From: Craspedostauros australis
Taxonomy: Eukaryota
Direction of reading: 5' to 3'
Length of the DNA: 50,547 nt
Assembly: GCA_030167865.1 (NCBI GenBank)
Contig: JALAGF010006167.1
Location: forward strand, 1-50,547
A model generated the notes under the pieces. It was not told the origin of the DNA, ran no database searches, and was given only the letters and a program-made list of their open reading frames with translations. Both the position numbers and the translations under genes were made by a program. Shown in pieces: positions 37,899 through 47,891 of the stretch (its first letter is position 1; every line of letters starts with the position of its first letter).

Positions 37899-39737
37899 TT
37901 ACATCAATGCTTCTCGTCTCCGATCGTCCTGCGTGCCATCCCATTGGCGCAGCAGAACCGAATAGGCGCCATGGCTGCTTTGCGACGACAGATTGCCGTT
38001 GGTCCGCCGTGATGCTGACGCCGGCCTCGGCGCGCGGTACACGCGACGGCCTCGATCCAATGCAAAGGATGTCGATCGAAAGACCGTGATGGCCGGCTGC
38101 AGCTGCTGCTGTCGAGACCTCGGGGATACTGGCAGACTCACTGTTCGCTGGATGCGTCTTGGCGAGTATGCGCTGTGCGTTTGCGGGATGCTGGCATCGA
38201 TTGTCGGCGCTGCATGCGGCTTGATATAATCGTGCTGCGGGGAAATCACGCGTGGGCCGCTTGATGATGCACTGCCGAGGACGCTTGATTCATTGCAAGA
38301 CTGTGATGGCTGTGTGTGACTTGGATGTGGTGACGCTGATGGAGATACGACCGGGACGTTCTGTCGCAGCGGCGTCATTTCTATCTGCATGGAAGGATTG
38401 CGCAAGACCCCTTCCGGAAGACCATCCCTCTGCCGTTCGAGCTGAGATGGTTGTGCCGCTTCTCGTATCTCGCATTTCTGTCCATACTCATCGCTGTGTT
38501 GATCACCGTGATCATCACCGTCGTCGTGCGTGTTCGCGGTCGTCTCTACCTCATTGAGAATGACGCTGTGCTCAGTCTCATTGCCAACCTGACTTTCCCA
38601 GCCACCATCGTTCTCGCCACCACCACCACCACCGCTGCAACGATGGCGCTGCAACCGGTACCGCATGTACATCTGATTCAACCGCTCATGATCCTCATCG
38701 TAAACGCAGGTCCGGAAGGAATGAAACCGAATGAGCAGACGGTAAGCATCATGCTTGTAAAATCGAATGCGGTCCTGGAATTCCTCCGTGTAATGGTACT
38801 GTCCCTTGACGTTGCCAAACCCATCGCCGAGGCTACGAAAGATCCACAGGACGTCGACCCGCACACCGTGTGGACGCAGCAGACGATTGACACGGCGCTT
38901 CCAGCCACCTTGATTGAGGTAGTGGACGAAATCTTGGACCGAGGTGGACGTGCTGGCGATGGAGGCGATGTAGGAGGCGCATTGGTGCACATACTTGTTG
39001 TTGCGCGGCAGGAAGGAGAGGAAGGGGAATCGATGCTGCAACGTGATGTGCTGGTACTTGCGAAAGTATTCGACGAGGGATGCCTTGAGTGCGAGATCCC
39101 TCCAGAGCTGCTTGATGACGCGTTTGAAGAAGTGGCCGTGACCCACGGCAGACTTTGGCGTCCATCGCGTGTTGTGGTGGATGGAAAGGGATTGCAGCGG
39201 CGGCAGCTTCAACTGGAACGCACCGACAACCGTGTTCCTCGTGTTCCACTTGGATGCGATGGTGATGTTGTTTCTGTAAGACGTGTACAGCTGCTGCGTC
39301 TGCTGCATCTGCCGTCTCCTCTCCAACCTTGCCCGCGTTTCTTGATTCATGTTGCTGTCGCCTCGGACGGACAAGTTGTAGATGGAGTTCGTATCGCCAG
39401 AGTTGGCATTCGCCCTGCTTTCATGATCCAACCCATGGCGACGCAGACCGCCGCGTCGTACACCTGGTGGAAGTTGCTGCCCTTGTCGTCTGTTTCCAAA
39501 GGTCAAGTTTGGAAGGCTGTCATTGCTCCCATAGTGTTCATTTCGTGCATGATGAATGGGGCGACTATCGGCGCAGCTGCTGGAGGTGTTGTTGGAGATA
39601 CTGCCAGACTCGCCATGAGAATGAATGTGACTGTGACTGTGACTGCGACTGTGATTGTCGACGCGATGTGCGTTGTGATGTGCGTTGTGATGTGCGTTGT
39701 GATGTTGAGTGGCAGAAGATCGTCGGCGCTGTGGCAT
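37899..39737 (-). CDS. Hypothetical protein, 612 aa, with His/Ser-rich disordered ends and an aromatic/basic core
   Basis: Long ATG-initiated ORF with in-frame HHNA x3 repeat and an ordered-looking central region; no family recognised. Confidence 0.7.
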   Translation of the reverse strand: MPQRRRSSATQHHNAHHNAHHNAHRVDNHSRSHSHSHIHSHGESGSISNNTSSSCADSRPIHHARNEHYGSNDSLPNLTFGNRRQGQQLPPGVRRGGLRRHGLDHESRANANSGDTNSIYNLSVRGDSNMNQETRARLERRRQMQQTQQLYTSYRNNITIASKWNTRNTVVGAFQLKLPPLQSLSIHHNTRWTPKSAVGHGHFFKRVIKQLWRDLALKASLVEYFRKYQHITLQHRFPFLSFLPRNNKYVHQCASYIASIASTSTSVQDFVHYLNQGGWKRRVNRLLRPHGVRVDVLWIFRSLGDGFGNVKGQYHYTEEFQDRIRFYKHDAYRLLIRFHSFRTCVYDEDHERLNQMYMRYRLQRHRCSGGGGGGENDGGWESQVGNETEHSVILNEVETTANTHDDGDDHGDQHSDEYGQKCEIREAAQPSQLERQRDGLPEGVLRNPSMQIEMTPLRQNVPVVSPSASPHPSHTQPSQSCNESSVLGSASSSGPRVISPQHDYIKPHAAPTIDASIPQTHSAYSPRRIQRTVSLPVSPRSRQQQLQPAITVFRSTSFALDRGRRVYRAPRPASASRRTNGNLSSQSSHGAYSVLLRQWDGTQDDRRREALM

Positions 39738-41041
39738 GATTCACCAGACAGCGCTTCTCTTCGGTTCGTTGCGAGAGTGCTGGGGAGGCTTCGAAGGATC
39801 TGAGATGGAACCAATGATCTCCCCTTTCAACTCCCCACTGTTCTCGTACGTATGATACGTAGTATATGTATTTGATTGCGGCAGCAGCTTCTAGGTTGTG
39901 TCCAACCTGCTGTGGTGGATGCGTATCTGTGCTCTATCTCTTGCACCACCCGTACGACCTCTGTTAGGATCCACGCGAACCTGGTCTAACCTTGCTTTGC
40001 TTAGCCTTTCCTCGCTTCGCCCGACTTCGCCTCACTTCGCGCCAACGCAACCTCGCTTCACCTGCCCAGCACAACTCTCCGATCCGCTCCTGCGTTCAAA
40101 TCGGCAGTGCGAATGCCCGTCATGGCCTCCTCGTTGGGGCGATCGATCAGACGTCTCGTCTGTTCGGGGCGAAGCCTCTGCGGAGCCGATGCGATGGACT
40201 TGGTTGCAAGGTTGCGCGCTGCTGCTGAATACCCAGATGGAGGCCCGTAGTCATACGAGCTTCAACCCATGCACTCTGGCCGAATTGGTAACGAAAAGGA
40301 GATCCGCGCGGAGTACTTGTGCTGCACTTGTGCGACACGTGATGTAAGAATACAGCGGTGCTGAATGCATCAACTATTATAATGGATCGAATGGAGAGAG
40401 CAGAGTTGTCGCGCAGGTCAGCACGGCGATGTTGTTGTCCTGCCTCTCACCTGACCTGCGGGAGTGGTTGCTGGCGCCGGCGGAGGAGGCGATCCTCCTA
40501 CCGCCAGCGTCATCGTCGTAACACAGACACCCAAGTCATGGACTGGTTCGCACCCGTGACTCTACTTTTGTCAACAGACATCCGCGACAACAACGCCGAG
40601 ACGCATCCGGGCGAAACCAACCCAATGTCGAAACAAGAACTCTGAAAAAGATTTAATTTTTATTGATGAAGCCTTGTGACTCCCACTTGTAAGACAAAAA
40701 GAATAATGTTAGTGGTATTTCAGTGGCAATTTATTTCTTTTAATGTATAGGCTAAAAATACATATCTAGTACTTTGAGACAGGAAGTTCAATTTCGTCCA
40801 TCATGGAGGTCGGGCAAATGGCACGATCTCTTACAACCCCTGGCTACCTGCATGAGCCATGCATGGCAGCTGTTCGATGAGTGGAGACTTTGTTGAGAGT
40901 AGAGTGCACTGCTGTTCTTTAATCTTCCAATGATATCGGTGCACACTTGCTCTGCGGATTTGTCCAACTTTGTCCCAATGCACGTAGCCATCACCTCTGC
41001 AACCCACAGCTCAACGGATGTTTGTCGCACTGCTGGCATTG

Positions 41042-41341
41042 TCAGCCATATAAACGATCCAGACCGCAGCACTCGCATTCAACGCTGCCCTCTTGACAGC
41101 CCACAGCGAAGGTGCGAATATCCAACCCAGCATTGCACACATTCTGGACGTTCTTGATTCCAGTGCCATCGATCGTCAAGACCTCCAAATTTGGCAGTGA
41201 GGCAAAGGTGGAAGGCAACGTGCCTGTCAGAAGGTTGGTCTCATGGAATAGTGGTGTTAGACTTGAGAACTGGTTGTAATGTTGGGAGAACGCGTTCTTC
41301 TGCAATTGATCAGATCAAGAAGGTGGCATTCACCGGAAGTC
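41042..41341 (-). pseudogene. 3' fragment of a leucine-rich-repeat gene, cut off by the Copia insertion
   Basis: N.LTGTLPSTFASLPNLEVL.I and a C-terminal cap ..C.....VECECC, typical of diatom LRR proteins; no 5' part is visible. Confidence 0.65.
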
Positions 41342-43445
41342 TGTTGGAAGCTTGAATGTTGCTACAAAATTAAGAGTTGTGAGCTTACTCTCTGACCTTT
41401 GTTCATGTCCATGCCTCTGCTCTTGCATTATTCTGTTCTGCAAGCATTGAATAGGATCTTTACATTTCTTTAGGTTCAAATTGTTTGGGTCAGTAGCTAC
41501 CTCATAGTATCCTCTTTGTTTCGTGGCACCTTGTCTCTGGTACGCAGTACATTGGTACATCTTCATTTTCGTTTCTCTTAGAGCTATTCGCTTGTACTCC
41601 AACCATTTCATGGTTCGTGTTGGTTCAGGATACGATTCATATGCACAACTAAGCTGGCACACGCGAGAGAGAGAGAGAGCTGTGCGGAATATAGCAGAAT
41701 GTGAATAGTCCCCGAAGCTTATCTCTGTGGCTTTCACTCATGTGTTGACGTGTTCATGTCTCCTTTCCAGACCAGGAGCGGTTGCACCAGATCCCAGAAG
41801 ATGGATCTAGGAAGGAGCTTTGTGCGTACATCTGCAACGTTCTGATGTCCATGGACCTTCGCAAAGTACATGATCCCTGCAGCGATGGCAAATCGAACAC
41901 GGTGGTAGGCGAGCGCATTGTGCCGCTTGGGGAGGGTACTGTTTGGAATGTTCGATGATAAGAGAACACCTTGGTGGTCTCCAAACATCCAGCTTGGTCC
42001 GTCGATGGGGATGCCCATCTTGCAGAGCGTGAGGCGTAGGGATATGATCTGTTTGGTAGCCAGGCGTGCAGCCACAAACTCAGATTCATAGGTTGCTGTC
42101 TCCACTGTTGACTGTCTCTTTGAGAACCAATCAATTGGTGTCTGATTGATGAGGTGGAGCACGCCAGTGGCAGACTTCCCAGACACCCTGCAGTGCATCA
42201 AGTTCGCATCCACAAAGGTGGTTGTCCTCATGGCTTTACCACGTGGTACATGTGTGTCTGATGGGAGTTCTTCTGTGGTGTTGCTGTACACCATGTACTC
42301 CCAGTCCTGTTTTGGGGTTTCATAGTGATCTTCGTGTTTGGGAATGTCAGGAATCGGGTGTTCTGAAACACCATATTGCCGCACCTCCCAGAAGTAAGGA
42401 GCCAAATGATATGAGACGCTACATTACCGCAACTCCCATCTTTGGATCTTTGTGACAGAAAAATGTGAGCTGCACGTGTTTTGCGATGGAGAACGACACG
42501 TGCCGAATGCGAACCGTACCTTGGCGTTCGTGACCTCAATGCAGGAATGCCAATCACACGTGAATGTCGCAGGGGGCAGGGATGTTGGAATCGTGACCAA
42601 CATCACGATACGAGCGACTACGGCCCCCATGTCGCAACCAATGAGAAAAGAGTACTGGAGGAAGGCCGATGTCACGAAGAGTGAGATGGCCTGTGAACGA
42701 ACCTGAGATGAGGAACATCCAGGAAGCCGGTGAAGTGATCGGCAAAGAAACCAGCAGAAGCATCGGAGGTGATCGGAGATGATTGGAGATGTGTGATGGT
42801 CGAGGAGCTGAATGAGCTCCCAACCAAGATGCTCCCGTGACAAATGGGAGACCGTGATCTGATCGAATGAACCGATCTGTGTGATGCCTACGACTCGGCG
42901 ATGTCTAAGGCATCGAAACTATCAGCGGAGGACAACGTGCTTGTGTGCATGAACATGGGGTACTCGGTGGTGCTTGCATGTCCATGATGAATTTGCGATG
43001 AATGCAAGATGGATGCCTGCTAGACCAACAGAGGGACCCATGGTGATCTCAGAAGGAGATCAGACTTTGAAGTTGAGAGCAATGAAGAGCTCACAGTTCA
43101 GAGAAGTAGATTCTAACAAACGATTAGCTTTTTACTATCACACCACCCCGGATTTCCAACATGGGAATACCAGTGTGGAATCAGATGGATGCATCAGGGC
43201 ATTTTTGTAGGCACCCATACACTTGCTTTGCTCAATCCAGGGGTCCCTTTTGTGGTGCAGATCGGAATAGGGAGAGCATCATGACCGCAACATGGATGTC
43301 AAACCGCCCCAGTGTGACACACCATTGGAGAGCTCCCATCAGTGACATGTACTGTTGTTTCTGGATCTCACCAAGCTCTGGTGTAGTGTCGAGTTCAGGA
43401 CTGTCATCCTTGTCGAGGGGACTGCTCTGTTTGTGGGGTGGCCCA
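41342..43445 (-). mobile_element. Degenerate Ty1/Copia (CoDi-like) retrotransposon, 3' half: RT C-terminus 43445-43162, RNase H 42344-41737, putative 3' LTR ~41736-41342
   Basis: RT reads SPLDKDDSPELDTT...QYMSLMGALQWCVTLGRFDIHVAVMMLSLFRSAPQKGPLD*AKQVYG...SI*FHTGIP. RNase H has FVDANL, WFSKRQSTVETATYESEF, FGDHQGV, KRHNALAYHRVR and NVAD. The putative LTR runs TGAAAG...CTTCCAACA. Confidence 0.88.
42345..43161 (+). mobile_element. 817-bp solo-LTR-like insertion with TG..CA termini and a 6-bp TSD (TGGGAA)
   Basis: TGGGAA at 42339-42344 and 43162-43167; termini TGTCAGGAATCGGG and CCCCGGATTTCCAACA. Removing it restores the host frame ...GIPKHEDHYE. Confidence 0.85.
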
Positions 43446-44138
43446 TGTTAGGAATCGGGGGTACGACTTTGTCAAGATATCCATGGTTGCCGCACCTCCC
43501 ATAATTATTTGTCACACCTTTGAGTCTTATTCGTCACACCTACGAACAAACACAAACGTGACTGATCTCAGTCCTACCAAGAAGAAAGGGTAGCCTGTTC
43601 TTGAATAATAAGAACTTCACCAAAAAGCGGAACAGGAGGTCCCAACACCAAACCAACCATGGCAGCCATGTCAACGGCAACATCAGCCAGAACAACAGCA
43701 GGGCAGTGGGCAAGTGCTGCACCCCATCCAGGAAGCAGCACGCACCCCTCCTGCGGACAAGAACAGCTGCAGGTTTGGAACATCACCAAGGGTGACACCA
43801 ATCATAAGAAGAGGTGCCACAGGATCAAGGATCAAAACATATGACAGGACCGCAGACTTGTACCATGCAAACGTAGACGGGTACAAGCACACAGACACAG
43901 GCTATGAGATGTTGAGGTGAGGACATGAAGAAAAGCATATGAAGATGCACTAGCAATGGCATGATGAATACAGAGGGAAGCATCCGGGAACGCAGTGATA
44001 CTTTGCGATGCTACCACAGTGAATGCCTACATTAAAAAGTGAAATCAAAGAGAAAGCGAGATTGAGCTCACAGTTCTAAAACGGTACAATCTAATAACAG
44101 TTTAGATTCTTACTTCCCATAACCCCAGATTTCCAACG
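43446..44138 (+). mobile_element. Second, related solo-LTR-like element (~693 bp) with no matching TSD
   Basis: Starts TGTTAGGAATCGGGG, shares TTGCCGCACCTCCCA and GAGCTCACAGTTC with the 42345 element, and ends CCCCAGATTTCCAACG. Confidence 0.72.
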
Positions 44139-44664
44139 TATGGAGTGGCACCAAGTCATTGAAGGTGGGAATGGATATACCATTGTTGATGTGGAAGCCA
44201 CAGTTGGTTTCAATGAAGCAAAGGACCTTGCCCACAACAACTGCATTGCCTTTTTGACAAGCAAGACGCATGGGTGTGCATGTGCTTAAGCCCTGCATTG
44301 TAAAGCTGATTCGAGTATGAACACACCTGTCGAATCTGATGAGACAAAGCAGGCTTTCCACAACATCTGTGTGGCCATTCTTGCATGCAAGTTGGAATCG
44401 TACGAAGTTGTTGAAGGCGGCAATGGAGAAATTCGTGTTGGGATAGATGCTGCTGCTGATGCTTTTCACGGAGTACAGAAGACTCTGTACAACATCCACG
44501 TTGCCCCTCTGACAGGCGAGATGCAGTGGGGCACTTTCGTTGATGGTCTGGAAGGTGGAGTTGGCATTGATATTGCTTTGGACAAAGCTGATGAGACCCG
44601 GTGTAACGTCTTTGTCTTGTTTCTTGTGGAGATGGGCGTCTTGCTTCATGGTTGTCGCTGACAA
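44139..44664 (-). pseudogene. Degenerate ankyrin-repeat ORF truncated at its 3' end by the LTR-like element
   Basis: APLHLACQRGNVDVVQSLL, FQLACKNGHTDVVESLL and TPMRLACQKGN; the last repeat (VPLH) runs directly into the element end at 44138. Confidence 0.7.
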
Positions 44665-45326
44665 TGGGATTCTACTTGCGCCGTGCTATCGCTGCAGTGG
44701 TTTTTGTTCATCACGTCTGCACACAGATCAAGTGGAGTGAATGTGTGAGTCTCAACATGAGCATAGAGCATGTGAGAAATGCAGCAACAGCCTCAGTTTT
44801 GTTTCTGTTCGATTGGATGGCGTATCATCTTGCCCCAGAGAGAGAGAGAGAGAGAGCTTTGACCATCCACCCGACCTGATCCAAGGAATGCAAGAGCACA
44901 GCAAGATTATAGACTCTACGAGTGAACCTGATGTGACAACAGGGATACTCGCACTGTTGCGTTCAGTACTAACGTGAGAACCTACCTACTGCTTCCTCTG
45001 TGTCATAAAGTGCGGTCCAATGGCACAACATGTGTTTGTGAGTGTGGTTTGAGAAAAGACGCCAACGTTTCTCACACCCGAAGGTGGCTGGATCGTCGTG
45101 GGCACCGCCATGCGATGTTGCGGTTGTTCTGCGTATCTTTTTGTGTGTCTTGGCAGAAGCGCTTCTCGAATTGTTCGCCATTTGACCAATCGGACCCAAT
45201 GAGAAAGATCGACCATGGCGCTTGGCAAAAGATCGCCGCAATTTGTTCTTTCCGTCGAATTCCACTATTATTATTACACCATTATACTACTCTATCAGTC
45301 TGCCACACTCTGCCACCACTAGTACC

Positions 45327-46223
45327 ATGCACTTCCACATCATCGGCGACGCCTTCGTCGACTTCTTTGCCTTCCTGCAGGACGGTTGGCCACCCGTCGG
45401 CGGCGACGCCACATTGCGGCAACCACTGACAACGCAGGCCGGCGGCTCCGCCCTCAACACGGCGACGCATCTGCAACAGCGCGATGACGTGACATTGCAC
45501 ACGGCTCTCAATGCCAACGACGCGCATGGTCAGTTACTGTTGCAGCATGCCGCACAGCACAATTTGGAATTGCGCAATTGCAACAACGATACCGCCGCGA
45601 CGGGCCACTGCGTCGCCATCGTCGCGCATGGCGAACGTTCCTTCCTGACGCATCCCGGATGTTTGCGCGAGTTCGGTGTCGACGCGCTGCCCAGGACGGG
45701 GCATGTGCATATCGCGGGGTACTTCAATCTGCCCAAGTTTTGGAATGGCGCGCTGCGGGATTACTTGCGAGATGCCGATTTGTCGTCGTCGTCGTTGGTC
45801 GTGCAGCACGACGCGACGGGAGAATGGGACGGCGGGCTGCGCGACGTGCTGCCGTTGGTGGATGTGGTGATCTTGAACGAGCTGGAATTCGAGCACTGCG
45901 CCGGCGGCACCCCACGGTACTTTGCGGAGACGTGTCCCGGCACGCTGTGCATCGTGACGAGAGGCAAGAACGGCGCCGTGGCGTATCGTGGTGGTGAAGA
46001 GATCGCGCGGCAAGCATCACGCAGCGTGGAACCGCTCGATCCGACTGGCGCCGGCGATGCCTTCGCGGCAGGATTTCTGCATGGCTGTCAAGGCGATTAC
46101 GCGTCGATGGAATCCATACGACGTGGACTGCAGTGGGGTTGCGCCATGGGCGGTGCGGTCGTCATGATACGCGGTGCCAGCATACCCGCCACAACGGAGC
46201 AGATCGAATCATTTCGTGTCTAG
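45327..46223 (+). CDS. PfkB/ribokinase-family carbohydrate kinase
   Basis: IIGDAFVD, AGGSALNTA, GERSFL, ILNELE, IVTRGKNGA and DPTGAGDAFAAGFL (PfkB signature 2); first ATG at 45327. Confidence 0.92.
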   Translation: MHFHIIGDAFVDFFAFLQDGWPPVGGDATLRQPLTTQAGGSALNTATHLQQRDDVTLHTALNANDAHGQLLLQHAAQHNLELRNCNNDTAATGHCVAIVAHGERSFLTHPGCLREFGVDALPRTGHVHIAGYFNLPKFWNGALRDYLRDADLSSSSLVVQHDATGEWDGGLRDVLPLVDVVILNELEFEHCAGGTPRYFAETCPGTLCIVTRGKNGAVAYRGGEEIARQASRSVEPLDPTGAGDAFAAGFLHGCQGDYASMESIRRGLQWGCAMGGAVVMIRGASIPATTEQIESFRV

Positions 46224-46310
46224 TGTTACATCTTCTAGATGGATAGATGGATGGATAGAGAGATAGAGAGCGAGAGGATAGTACTATATGTTCCACTGTA
46301 CTGCTTTTGG

Positions 46311-47891
46311 TTACAATGGCAACGACTCTTCGATGATGGCCTTCTTGGTCATGGAGGGCAGAACGCCCGGCACGGTCTGCGGCGAGAGCAGTTCGTTGGT
46401 CTCGCGGCCATGCGATGATGATATCTGTCCAAAGAGGGACGTGAGACTCTGCTCCTTCTGCAGGCGGCGCGATCTGAGACTGTTGAGCTTGGATGTGGAT
46501 GGCGTGTGATCGGTCGTGCTGTTGCTGCGGCTCTTGCGGCCCAGGCTGTGCGTGCTGGTGGGCAAGAGGTTGCGGTTGGAGAGGTTGGATCGCAGCTTCT
46601 TGGGCTTGTCTTCCGGATCCGGCTGCGGCGTGAGGCGGTCTCTCTGCGATACGTCTTCCCGGTGGTTGTCGGAGAAGAAGGAGTTGCCGGAGCTGTCGTC
46701 GGACGAGGAGGAGGTGGGAGTGTATGTCTTGCGATGCGCCGTGTCGAAGCCCTCATCCTGGGAGGTGTCGCGCAGGGTGTAAGACCTGGAGGCTTCGCTG
46801 TCGCTGTCGCTGCTGACGGGCGTCTCCGTGGGCGATGACGCCAGCGGTGGCAATCGGGGGCTCTTGGTCTGCATGGAGACGGTGTGCTTGGAGGGCGCGT
46901 CGGACTGCAGCGTGATGCCGGAGCAGACGGAGGTGTTGGTGGGTGCCGTGCTGGAGCGGTTGGCGCCTGCACCGGTGCCAAAGTCGTTGCCGTTGTCAAG
47001 GTCGTTGTCAAGGTCATTGTCAATGTCGTTGTCAATGTCATTGTCAAGGTCGTCGTCCACACCGTCGTCCGTGGCGTAGTCGATGGAACCGCTGCCCTCC
47101 GCGATGCTCTCCGCCATGCTGGCCAGGTTGGAGGACTCGGCGATCTGCTCAGGAGTGAAGAAGGCCTTGAGGATGTCGTTGGAATCGACCTCGGAGTTGT
47201 TGTTGGGCGGCAGGAAGGCCGTGGAGTGCATGGTGGTGGCCGTGGCGGAGCCGATGGAGCTGCTGCTGCTGAAGTTCTTGGCGTTGGACTCTGCCATCTG
47301 CTGGTTCTTGGAGAGGAAGGATCCCAGGAAGCCATCAGCTGAAGCCTTCTTCTTTTTCTTCTTTGTGCTTCGTTTCTGCTGATGTGGCTTGTGTTGCTTC
47401 CTCTGCTGCTGCGGAGACTGGTGGTGCTGCTGCTCCTTCTGCTGCAGCAACTGCGTGTGGTCCGCCAGCAGCTCGTTGTACATCGTCTGCAGCTCCATGT
47501 ACTGCGTGCAGAGCTTGGACGCCTCCGTCTGAAAGGTTTCGTTGACGGACACGCTCCACGTGCGCAGGCTCTGGTAATGCGTCTGCAGCGTCGCGTGGTT
47601 CTGCTGCAGCTGCTCATGCGCCATCTGGCAGCGCTGGTTCTCCTCGCGCTGCGCTGCAATGTCATCATCGCGGATGCGGATCTCGTCGAGCAGGCCGTCG
47701 ATGACCTCCGTCTGCTTGCCGACCTGCGTCTCCAGCTCGATCAAGCGATCCTGAGAAGGAACGGACGTGGAGCGCAGGGGCTTGCGGCGCGGACGCATCA
47801 CGCCCATCAGGCTGCGCGAGCTGGACTGCGTGTCCGTCATCAGCGAGCGGCTGCTTGCGGATTGGGATGCTTGTTTGCCCAGGAGTCTCAT
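46311..47891 (-). CDS. Hypothetical protein with N-terminal coiled coil, polyK and Ser/Asp-rich tail, 526 aa
   Basis: GC3-rich long ORF with a heptad-like Q/E/L segment and in-frame DND(L/I) repeats. Confidence 0.75.
   Translation of the reverse strand: MRLLGKQASQSASSRSLMTDTQSSSRSLMGVMRPRRKPLRSTSVPSQDRLIELETQVGKQTEVIDGLLDEIRIRDDDIAAQREENQRCQMAHEQLQQNHATLQTHYQSLRTWSVSVNETFQTEASKLCTQYMELQTMYNELLADHTQLLQQKEQQHHQSPQQQRKQHKPHQQKRSTKKKKKKASADGFLGSFLSKNQQMAESNAKNFSSSSSIGSATATTMHSTAFLPPNNNSEVDSNDILKAFFTPEQIAESSNLASMAESIAEGSGSIDYATDDGVDDDLDNDIDNDIDNDLDNDLDNGNDFGTGAGANRSSTAPTNTSVCSGITLQSDAPSKHTVSMQTKSPRLPPLASSPTETPVSSDSDSEASRSYTLRDTSQDEGFDTAHRKTYTPTSSSSDDSSGNSFFSDNHREDVSQRDRLTPQPDPEDKPKKLRSNLSNRNLLPTSTHSLGRKSRSNSTTDHTPSTSKLNSLRSRRLQKEQSLTSLFGQISSSHGRETNELLSPQTVPGVLPSMTKKAIIEESLPL

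Noticed and set aside
43162..43445. In-frame TGA codons as selenocysteine or readthrough
   Set aside because: They sit at expected Arg positions in a decayed retroelement; nonsense mutation is simpler.
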